Below are positions 39,399 to 47,270 of a stretch of 55,335 nucleotides of DNA, piece after piece (position 1 is the first letter of the stretch; every line of letters begins with the position of its first letter). The translations under genes were made by a program, and so were the position numbers. This stretch comes from Fidelibacterota bacterium (GTDB taxonomy: Bacteria; Fidelibacterota; UBA8477). The notes beneath the pieces are model-generated. The model was given only the letters and a program-made list of their open reading frames with translations. It was not told where the DNA came from and ran no database searches. Location: the NCBI GenBank assembly GCA_021734065.1, contig JAIPJQ010000004.1, positions 1 to 55,335 on the forward strand, in the 5' to 3' direction.

Positions 39399-40364
39399 TT
39401 AGTGGGGGCGGGATCCGGTATTTCGGGTGGCTGCTTCCCGTTTATCAATGTTGCGCCACCGTTTGTGAAACCATAGATATTGGTCCGGATATTTACGAAT
39501 AATGGCTTCCAATTTTTTCAGACCAGTTCCCACCACTTCCTGAATAAAATCCTCATTTACCCGCTGCGGAATGTCAATTCTAAGCGGTTCCCAATCCATG
39601 ACAAAGCGTCCCCGGTGAATATGCATGGCAACAAAAATGATTTCTGCCGGCGTGCGGTGTGCCAAAACCGCAACACCTTTGGGGCTGGGTGACGGTAGTC
39701 CAAAAAACTCCACCGTGATGCCCTGCCGGCCTTTATACTGATCACCCACAATACACATGTTTCCGATGTCTCGGAGACGCGTGACAAATGCCGGCATTTT
39801 GGACCAGGAATCCACCAGAATCATGTTTTTGCGTGTCCGGAGCCAGGAAAGGAATTTATCCACCAAAGGATTCCTTTGAATCCGGTAAATGGCGGATGTT
39901 TTCCCCGCCAAAATAGCCATATAGCGACCCGCCATCTCCCAACTCCCGAAATGTCCGGTAAAAAGGATGAATGGTTCACCCGAAGCCTGTTTCGCAGCGG
40001 TGTATTCGGCAAATCCGGGAGACTCAATCAGGCGCAGAATTTTCTGGTCGGACATTGTCCATATTTTCATGGTGGTAATGAAACTCTCACCCCAGTGGGC
40101 GTAGACATCGCGGGTACTCGTGTCGATTTTGTCAGCCGGCCAGTCAGGGAAGGCACGCTTGAGATTCGACTTCACGACCTGCTTGCGAATGGGCACCCAG
40201 TACCCCAAAAACAAACCCAGTCCGCGTCCAAAGCGCCATACCACCGCCCAGGGCAGAATCGTCATCAAAAGGGTGAATATCACCAGTGCGATGAATTCCA
40301 CACCATAGCGTACCCATAGTAGGATTCCGATTTGTGGTGAACCGCCGGGTGGTTTAGACGCCAT
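39399..40364 (-). CDS. Lipid A late acyltransferase (LpxL/HtrB family)
   Basis: NLKRAFP, TGHFGSWE (HxxxxE), GDQ, VEFFG, YPDQYLWFHKRW. Confidence 0.9.
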   Translation of the reverse strand: MASKPPGGSPQIGILLWVRYGVEFIALVIFTLLMTILPWAVVWRFGRGLGLFLGYWVPIRKQVVKSNLKRAFPDWPADKIDTSTRDVYAHWGESFITTMKIWTMSDQKILRLIESPGFAEYTAAKQASGEPFILFTGHFGSWEMAGRYMAILAGKTSAIYRIQRNPLVDKFLSWLRTRKNMILVDSWSKMPAFVTRLRDIGNMCIVGDQYKGRQGITVEFFGLPSPSPKGVAVLAHRTPAEIIFVAMHIHRGRFVMDWEPLRIDIPQRVNEDFIQEVVGTGLKKLEAIIRKYPDQYLWFHKRWRNIDKREAATRNTGSRPH

Positions 40365-40395
40365 ACTTTACACCAATGCTACAATCCGCAATGGA

Positions 40396-41595
40396 TTACA
40401 GTTTGGCAATGTCCTGAATTGTCACATAAATGATGAGCCCCAACAAAAGGACCATGCCCACTTGTTGGATGACCACTTTGGCTTTAATGGGCAGAGGCCT
40501 GCGAATTAAACCTTCAATTGCGATAATAATGAACTGGCCGCCATCCAGTCCCGGGATGGGTAGAATGTTGATAAACGCCAGGTTCACGGACAAAATCGCC
40601 ATAAAATAAAAGACATCCAGCCAACCCTGTCTGGCCATATCGCCGGCCATTTTGGCAATTGCAACCGGACCGCCCAGCTCTTTCATGGATGCGTCGCCGG
40701 AAATGAGCATGCCCAGACTCCGCACCATCAGCGTTCCAAAGCTGTAGGTATTCTGGGCACCCAGTTTTGCAGCTTCAAAAAAGCCCACTTCCCGCTGGAT
40801 GGTTTCCGGACCAATCCCGATCATCCCGTAGGTTTCCACCCCATTTTCTGTGGGAACTGTCTCAGACACCGTGGTCAATGTGGCGGATTGAAGAACTCTA
40901 TCCCGTTCCCAGGTAATGTCTACTGTTTTACCCGGCAGACTATGAATCACATCGATTAAATCATCCCAGCTGTTAATCTGTTGGTTATTCACAGAGACAA
41001 TTCGGTCGCCGGGCTGTATTCCTGCCTGTTCAGCCGGATAGACCGGTCGTGCCTGACTACCACTAAGACTGCCCACCACAGCGGAATTGGTCATTTCCGG
41101 TACGCCATTGGACAGGAAAATAGTACTGAATAAAAACCACGCCAGAATGGTGTTCATGATCACACCGGCAGAAATAACGAACAACTGCTGCCAACGCTTT
41201 TTACTGGTAAATTCCCAGGGCTTGCCCTTAATGCTGGTGTCCAGGGATTCGTCAATGGTCCCGGCCATTTTCACATAACCACCCAGTGGAGTCCAGGAAA
41301 CATTGTACTCCGTATCGCCCGCTTTGGGATTTTTACGCCGAAATCGATATTCAACCAGAGCGGCATTGAACAATTTCTGTAAAAACCACGGAATATGAAT
41401 GGTCACCCAGAGTCCGTCTACTTTGTTTCGGAAACTCAGGAACCTTGGGGGAAAACCGATGGAAAATCGTTCCACCCGAATGCCCACCGAACGGGCGGCC
41501 AGAAAATGCCCCAATTCATGGATTAGAATCAAAATCCCCAGCGTGAAAATCGCTGCCAGGATGGAAATCAGTGTTGTGTTTATGGTTGCTAACAT
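40396..41595 (-). CDS. rseP: RIP metalloprotease RseP
   Basis: IHELGH (HExxH), FSIGFPP, PLGGYVKM, AGVIMN, PDZ domain, NILPIPGLDGG. Confidence 0.96.
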   Translation of the reverse strand: MLATINTTLISILAAIFTLGILILIHELGHFLAARSVGIRVERFSIGFPPRFLSFRNKVDGLWVTIHIPWFLQKLFNAALVEYRFRRKNPKAGDTEYNVSWTPLGGYVKMAGTIDESLDTSIKGKPWEFTSKKRWQQLFVISAGVIMNTILAWFLFSTIFLSNGVPEMTNSAVVGSLSGSQARPVYPAEQAGIQPGDRIVSVNNQQINSWDDLIDVIHSLPGKTVDITWERDRVLQSATLTTVSETVPTENGVETYGMIGIGPETIQREVGFFEAAKLGAQNTYSFGTLMVRSLGMLISGDASMKELGGPVAIAKMAGDMARQGWLDVFYFMAILSVNLAFINILPIPGLDGGQFIIIAIEGLIRRPLPIKAKVVIQQVGMVLLLGLIIYVTIQDIAKL

Positions 41596-41604
41596 TGCCG
41601 TCTC

Positions 41605-42759
41605 TTATAGTTGATTAACATAGGTTTGTGTCCAGCTTTCCAGCGTTAAAATATCCTCCATTTGAGGATGTTCAACAAAATCATGGGCTTCCAAGGCACG
41701 CTCAATCAGAATAGGAATTTGAGTAAATTTGATTTCGTTCCTTAAAAAACGATACACCGCTGTTTCATTCGCCACATTCAGCACCGTCGTTGCTGTCCCG
41801 CCCTGTTTCAATGCATCAAAAGCCAGTTCAATACAGGGAAATTTCTCCAGATCGGGTGCCTCAAAGGTCAATTGTCCCAACCGCACCAAATCCAGTGCCT
41901 CCCAATCGGCCGGGCGATGTCGCGGCCAGGTGAGGGCGTACTGGATGGGAATTTTCATATCAGGAACGCCTAACTGGGCTTTCACCGATTTGTCACGAAA
42001 TTCCACCATGGAATGAATGATGCTCTGTGGATGCACCACAATGTCCAACTGCTCCGGTCCCAGATGAAACAACCAGCGAGCCTCGATGATCTCCAGTCCT
42101 TTATTCATCATGGTGGCACTGTCGATTGTGATTTTGTTCCCCATGTCCCAGTTGGGATGCTTCAGCGCTTCCTCAACTGAAATTGTGTTAAATGTTCCTT
42201 TATCCCGCGTCCGAAAGGGTCCGCCGGATCCGGTAAGAATCAGTCGTTCCACATCATCCAGATCCTCACCGGTCAGACATTGCCAGATGGCGCTGTGTTC
42301 GCTGTCCACTGGGTAAAGTTTCACACCGGTTTGGGTTAACAGCCGGTCAATATAATCACCCGCCATGACCAGACTTTCCTTATTGGATAATGCCACATTC
42401 ACACCGGCATGCATCGCTTGGACCGTGGGTTCCATGCCGGCACTCCCCACCAGACCGTTGAGCACCAGATCCACATCATCCCGGCCAGCCAGCTCCAACA
42501 GCCCTTCCCGTCCCTTCAGGACCTCCAGGTTCGGTAGCGCTGTGGCCACCTTCTCCGCAGCGATTGGATCTGCCACAGCTACCGCCCGGGGTTTGAACTT
42601 CTGTGCCTGTTGTATTAATAATTCCGCATTGCGATTACCCGACAGATAGGTCACTACCAGCTCATCGGGAAGATTTTCCACCACCTTCAGGGCGTTCACA
42701 CCGATGGAACCGGTGCTACCCAGGATGGAAAGTCGTTTTTTCTGCTGTGATGCCGTCAA
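41605..42759 (-). CDS. dxr: 1-deoxy-D-xylulose 5-phosphate reductoisomerase
   Basis: LGSTGSIG, LSNKESLV, PVDSEHSAIWQ, HPNWDMGNKITIDSATMMNKGLE, VHPQSIIHS. Confidence 0.98.
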   Translation of the reverse strand: MTASQQKKRLSILGSTGSIGVNALKVVENLPDELVVTYLSGNRNAELLIQQAQKFKPRAVAVADPIAAEKVATALPNLEVLKGREGLLELAGRDDVDLVLNGLVGSAGMEPTVQAMHAGVNVALSNKESLVMAGDYIDRLLTQTGVKLYPVDSEHSAIWQCLTGEDLDDVERLILTGSGGPFRTRDKGTFNTISVEEALKHPNWDMGNKITIDSATMMNKGLEIIEARWLFHLGPEQLDIVVHPQSIIHSMVEFRDKSVKAQLGVPDMKIPIQYALTWPRHRPADWEALDLVRLGQLTFEAPDLEKFPCIELAFDALKQGGTATTVLNVANETAVYRFLRNEIKFTQIPILIERALEAHDFVEHPQMEDILTLESWTQTYVNQL

Positions 42760-43424
42760 TTTCCAATTCCCAAATTCACACCCACACGACCTGCGGGGCG
42801 CATATCATTTAGAAGGAAGCATACATCCAACCGGAGGGACTTAAAAAGGTTTTTCGTCAGATTTCCACTGAAGATCCAATGACTGCGTTCATGCTTTGAA
42901 AGTCCCGGAAGATCAGTGTACACGGTCTTTTCCATGTTATACGTGGCACGCAAATCGAAAGCACCACGGGTAAACACGCTGGTAACCTGCTGCGTCAGAC
43001 TCAGATCCCGTTGGGAAAAGGTCTCCTGCCCACGAATTTCGTTGTTCTGAATCACGGTACTCCAGCGGTTTTTGCCCTGAAACGACCAGATATAATTGGC
43101 GCCCACACCATACCCAATCACGGGATATTCTGCCGAAACAGACCAAAGCTGCGCAGTAAAAATCCATTCCGGGAGTGGCTGTACAGCTAAGCCCAGTTCC
43201 TGGATTTGTCCCACATGCCCAGAGGTAAGTGGAATGAAATTTTGATGATACGCAACTTGTCCAAATTCGTATAAAAAATCACCCGTGGGCACCGCCATTA
43301 CGCCGGCCAGCGCCCGCATATCGCGAGAAATATCACTGGGTGATGAGCGCTGTTGCAAGTCAAGCCAACCGGAAGCCAGGAGTTGCCCGGTCAGAAGAAT
43401 CAGAATAATACAGCGTAGATACAT
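42756..43424 (-). CDS. Hypothetical exported protein, possibly a small outer-membrane beta-barrel
   Basis: Signal peptide (MYLRCIILILLTGQLLA); alternating hydrophobic/aromatic strands; 4-nt overlap with dxr. Confidence 0.55.
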   Translation of the reverse strand: MYLRCIILILLTGQLLASGWLDLQQRSSPSDISRDMRALAGVMAVPTGDFLYEFGQVAYHQNFIPLTSGHVGQIQELGLAVQPLPEWIFTAQLWSVSAEYPVIGYGVGANYIWSFQGKNRWSTVIQNNEIRGQETFSQRDLSLTQQVTSVFTRGAFDLRATYNMEKTVYTDLPGLSKHERSHWIFSGNLTKNLFKSLRLDVCFLLNDMRPAGRVGVNLGIGN

Positions 43425-43497
43425 TGCAGTGAAAATTGTGTTAATTCTTCAAGAGGCGAACGATTAGTAAGGGGAGAAGGTAATTGGTATGACCGAC

Positions 43498-44274
43498 TCA
43501 GATGATTCCACGAGCGCTGTTTTCAATGAATTCCAGGATATATTCGATCTCTTCCGTCTGGGGAAGATCCTGTTTGATGGACAGGACCGCCTGGGAGACA
43601 TTGAGTTTGGAGCGGTAGATCAGATTGTAGGCTTCCTTGATCTGGGCGACTGTTTCGGACGTAAATCCCCGACGGCGCAATCCCACGGCATTCAATCCAT
43701 TATATGAAAGCGGACTGTTGGACGCCCGGATGTAGGGCGGCACGTCTTTACTCACGCGGAATCCGCCGCCAATGAAGCTGTGGCGACCGATGGTCACAAA
43801 CTGGTGAATGGGCACCATGCCACCGATAATGGCGTATTCCTGAATGGTTACATGCCCCGCCATGTTGCAGGCATTGCTTAGGATGACATGATCACCGATA
43901 TCACAATCGTGGGCTACATGGGTATAGGCCATGATGAGACAATTTTTCCCGATGGTGGTCTGCCATTTGTCCTCGGTTCCCCGATGAATAGTCACATACT
44001 CGCGGATGGTTGAATTCTCACCGATTACTGTGACGGTATCTTCCCCGTCGTATTTCAGATCCTGTGGCCGGCCGCTGACCACTGCCCCGATAAAAATACG
44101 GGCATTCTTATGGATGCGGGCACCACGTCCAATCTGGACATGACTGGCGATATCCACGCCGTCACCGATCTCCACATTTTCTTCCACAATCGTATAGGGA
44201 CCGATGGTGACGTTATCACCGATTTGCACATCTTTATCCGCGAGGATCGCAGTGGGATGGATATTATTGGCCAT
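43498..44274 (-). CDS. lpxA: UDP-N-acetylglucosamine O-acyltransferase
   Basis: Hexapeptide repeats, PQDLKY, IREYVTIHRGT, HVAHDC, PIHQF, GLNAVGLRRRGF. Confidence 0.97.
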   Translation of the reverse strand: MANNIHPTAILADKDVQIGDNVTIGPYTIVEENVEIGDGVDIASHVQIGRGARIHKNARIFIGAVVSGRPQDLKYDGEDTVTVIGENSTIREYVTIHRGTEDKWQTTIGKNCLIMAYTHVAHDCDIGDHVILSNACNMAGHVTIQEYAIIGGMVPIHQFVTIGRHSFIGGGFRVSKDVPPYIRASNSPLSYNGLNAVGLRRRGFTSETVAQIKEAYNLIYRSKLNVSQAVLSIKQDLPQTEEIEYILEFIENSARGII

Positions 44275-44281
44275 CAGAGCC

Positions 44282-45682
44282 TCACTTGTCCACGACGGCT
44301 GCCATGAGGTCAGCCTCCATTACCAATTCACCGTCTACAAATGCCCTGCCATGTATTTTAGCGGTCCCCAGACGATATTTCACCATATCCACTTCGAAAA
44401 TGATCTGGTCACCGGGCTCAATGAGTTTTCGCCAGCGTACATTATCCGCCGCGGAGAAGTACACCAGTTTCCCATCGTGGTCATCAATGGCATTCAGCAG
44501 CATGACACCGCCTGCCTGCGCCATGCTCTCAAGGGTAAGCACACCCGGCATCACGGGTTTGCCAGGAAAATGTCCCTGAAAGAACGGTTCGTTGAGGGTG
44601 ACATTCTTAACGGCGATAATTTTTTCCATGGGCACCAGATCAATGATCCGGTCAATGAGCAAAAAGGGATAGCGGTGCGGCAAAATGTGTTTGATGGCTT
44701 CCGTATCCAGAAAGATCTGGCGGTTGCGGGGACGACGCTGATACCGTTTGGACAGAATCTGCTTTTCAAATTCCTTCTTCAGCAGTCTCACCAAGGCCAC
44801 ATTGGAGGCGTGACCGCTGCGGGCGGCGATGACATGTCCCTGAATGGGCATTCCCAACAGGGCTAAATCCCCGATCAAATCCAAGATTTTATGGCGCACC
44901 GGTTCATTGGGGAATCGCAGGGATTTCCCGTTCAGAATACCATTTTCCCCCTGAACAATATCATCCTTTATTCCAAAAAGATTTTTTAAACGGTCCAGTT
45001 CTTCCGTTTCAATGGGCCGGTCAATCATCACCAGGGCATTATCGACCGAACCCCCTTTGATCAAGCCCTGCTGCTTCAGCTCATCGACCTCGTGCAGAAA
45101 GCAAAATGTCCGCGCCGGTGCGAATTGCTCCACAAAATCCTCTTCCAGGGAATAGAAAGAGGTGTACTGGGTCCCCAACGATTGGAGTTTGTAATCGATC
45201 ATAAACGTTGCCCGAAACTGGTTGGACGGTAAGACATGGATGTCCACACCCTTTTCCGGATCCGTGTAGGTGATGGTACGCTCCACCGTGAGGTACACCC
45301 GTTCCGCCTCCTGCTCCACGATGCCCGCTTCCAGTAGTTTCTCTACAAACGGCATGGCGCTGCCATCAGCAACCGGTGGTTCCTTATTGTCCAGCTCGAT
45401 GAGAATATTGTCGATCTCAAGCCCGCTCACCGCCGCCAAAACATGTTCGGTCGTGTAAATTCTAACGCCATTTTGCTCCAGCGTCGTCCCCCTGGAAATA
45501 TCCACCACATGATCAATATCCGCTTTGATCTGCGGGGCATTTTTAATGTCAGTACGCCGGAAAACATAGCCGGTATTCTCCGGCGCCGGCCGAAAGGTCA
45601 TGGTTGTATTCACACCTGTATGTAAACCGATACCGGAAATGGATATGGGGCGCGCGATTGTGCGTTGTTTCGTATTATCCAT
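44282..45682 (-). CDS. lpxC-fabZ: Bifunctional LpxC deacetylase / FabZ dehydratase
   Basis: QRTI..GIGLHTG, TTEHVLAA, APARTF, EPVRHKILDLIGD, then LPHRYPFLLIDR, FFQGHFP..PVMPGVL. Confidence 0.97.
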   Translation of the reverse strand: MDNTKQRTIARPISISGIGLHTGVNTTMTFRPAPENTGYVFRRTDIKNAPQIKADIDHVVDISRGTTLEQNGVRIYTTEHVLAAVSGLEIDNILIELDNKEPPVADGSAMPFVEKLLEAGIVEQEAERVYLTVERTITYTDPEKGVDIHVLPSNQFRATFMIDYKLQSLGTQYTSFYSLEEDFVEQFAPARTFCFLHEVDELKQQGLIKGGSVDNALVMIDRPIETEELDRLKNLFGIKDDIVQGENGILNGKSLRFPNEPVRHKILDLIGDLALLGMPIQGHVIAARSGHASNVALVRLLKKEFEKQILSKRYQRRPRNRQIFLDTEAIKHILPHRYPFLLIDRIIDLVPMEKIIAVKNVTLNEPFFQGHFPGKPVMPGVLTLESMAQAGGVMLLNAIDDHDGKLVYFSAADNVRWRKLIEPGDQIIFEVDMVKYRLGTAKIHGRAFVDGELVMEADLMAAVVDK

Positions 45683-45698
45683 GGGGGATTGTGTTCCT

Positions 45699-46724
45699 CT
45701 ATTCGTTGTCTGACTTCCCTAATTGTGCTTCCAGGGCTTTGATTCGAGCCATGAGGTCCGGTATTTTGCCAATATAGGCATCGCGTTTTAATACCTCTTT
45801 GTGGGGTCGCGACGGAAATCCGCCTACCGTCTCACCATCTGACACATCGCGCGTCACACCACCACGGGTAGCGATGGAGACCCGATTGCCCACTTTAACA
45901 TGACCGATAACGCCACTCTGCCCCCCCATTTGTACATAATCACCCAGCGTGGTACTGCCGGCAATGGCAATCTGGGCAGTTAAAAGACAACCTTTCCCAA
46001 TCCGCACATTGTGGGCAATATGCACCTGATTATCCAATTTGGTCCAGGCGCCGATTTCCGTGGAACCAATTGTCCCCCGATCAATGGCACAACCAGCACC
46101 GATTTCCACATGGTCATGGATAAGGACATTTCCCGTTTGAGGAATTTTTACGATGCCCTCCGGTGAAGGCGCAAAACCAAACCCATCACTGCCAATTACG
46201 GAACCACTGTGAATCTCCACCTGGTTTCCAACGATCACTTCATGGTAAATCGTCACGTTGGAATGTAGCCAGCACCCTTCACCAATCCGGGATTTGGTAC
46301 CAACAGTGGTATGACTTTCCAGAATCGCTTCATCGTTCACCTCCACTTCCGGTCCAATCACCACATACGGTCCAATTTCAGCCGATGCAGATACGGCTGC
46401 GGAGGGATGAATAATTGCGGTGGGATGAACGCCGGGGTTGGGCTTGCGGGGCTGGTGATTCAACAGATACAACGCTTTCACCATCCCGGCATACGGGTCG
46501 CGCATGCGGATCAGATTGGGAAAATCGATCTCCAAATCTTCGGCAACAATCAGCGCGGCCGCGTTAGTGGATTCAGCATATTTGCGGTATTTGGGATTGG
46601 CAATGAAAGAAATTTCATCAGCGCTGGCAGCCTGAATTTCGTTCACGCGCCGGATATTGAGCGTCTCATCACCCTGGAGTTTACCCCCCAGCGCTTGAGA
46701 CAAGGCCAGCAGGTTCATGGCCAA
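45699..46724 (-). CDS. lpxD: UDP-3-O-(3-hydroxyacyl)glucosamine N-acyltransferase
   Basis: ISFIANPKY, IGSDGFGF, KIPQTGNV, IDRGT, KLDNQVHIAHNV. Confidence 0.97.
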   Translation of the reverse strand: MAMNLLALSQALGGKLQGDETLNIRRVNEIQAASADEISFIANPKYRKYAESTNAAALIVAEDLEIDFPNLIRMRDPYAGMVKALYLLNHQPRKPNPGVHPTAIIHPSAAVSASAEIGPYVVIGPEVEVNDEAILESHTTVGTKSRIGEGCWLHSNVTIYHEVIVGNQVEIHSGSVIGSDGFGFAPSPEGIVKIPQTGNVLIHDHVEIGAGCAIDRGTIGSTEIGAWTKLDNQVHIAHNVRIGKGCLLTAQIAIAGSTTLGDYVQMGGQSGVIGHVKVGNRVSIATRGGVTRDVSDGETVGGFPSRPHKEVLKRDAYIGKIPDLMARIKALEAQLGKSDNE

Positions 46725-46727
46725 ACC

Positions 46728-47249
46728 TTATTTCGCTCCGCCTTTGCGCAACTCATTAAGTACCACATTGGTCAGGTCGTAGGAATCCTTGGCATAGAGA
46801 ATATTACCCTGGACGGTATCGAAAATGAAATCGTACCCGTATTCCTGCCCGACCTTTTTAATTGCCCGATTGATTTTGTCCAGAATGGGAGCGGCAATCT
46901 GTTGCTGCTTCTGGTAAATCTCGCCCTGAGGTCCCAATTTCTCTACCTGAAAACGACGCAGTCGGTCACTGAGGCTTTTAATTTCGGTTTCTTTCGCCTT
47001 CCGATTTGCCTCGGTAAGGATGAATTTCTGCCGTTCATACTCCTGCTGCAAACTGTCCAACTGGCCCGCCATGGCATAATATTCGGCCTCGATACGACGA
47101 CCCTCTACCTCCAGTTTGCTCTGCGCCTCCCGAAACTCCTCAAACTCACCCAGAATCGTTTCCGAATTGATATAGCCCAGCTTCTGCGCAAACGCGCCGC
47201 TGACCCAGAACAATCCAATGGCTAATAATAATGTAGTTTTCCGACCCAA
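46728..47249 (-). CDS. skp: Periplasmic chaperone Skp/OmpH
   Basis: Signal peptide, QKLGYINSETIL, long helical arms, GYDFIFD, YDLTNVVL. Confidence 0.92.
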   Translation of the reverse strand: MGRKTTLLLAIGLFWVSGAFAQKLGYINSETILGEFEEFREAQSKLEVEGRRIEAEYYAMAGQLDSLQQEYERQKFILTEANRKAKETEIKSLSDRLRRFQVEKLGPQGEIYQKQQQIAAPILDKINRAIKKVGQEYGYDFIFDTVQGNILYAKDSYDLTNVVLNELRKGGAK

Positions 47250-47270
47250 AATGGTCCCTCCTTGTTTTCT

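Noticed and set aside
39359-39448. Apparent overlap of tsaC with the LpxL-family gene
   Set aside because: Resolved by the downstream start at 39358 (MQIIEINP)
44282-45682. LpxC-FabZ fusion as a novelty
   Set aside because: Well-known feature of Bacteroidota/Chlorobiota and related lineages; useful only as a taxonomic hint
44204-47225. 220-aa and 304-aa plus-strand ORFs
   Set aside because: Antisense to lpxC-fabZ, lpxD and skp; composition typical of shadow frames
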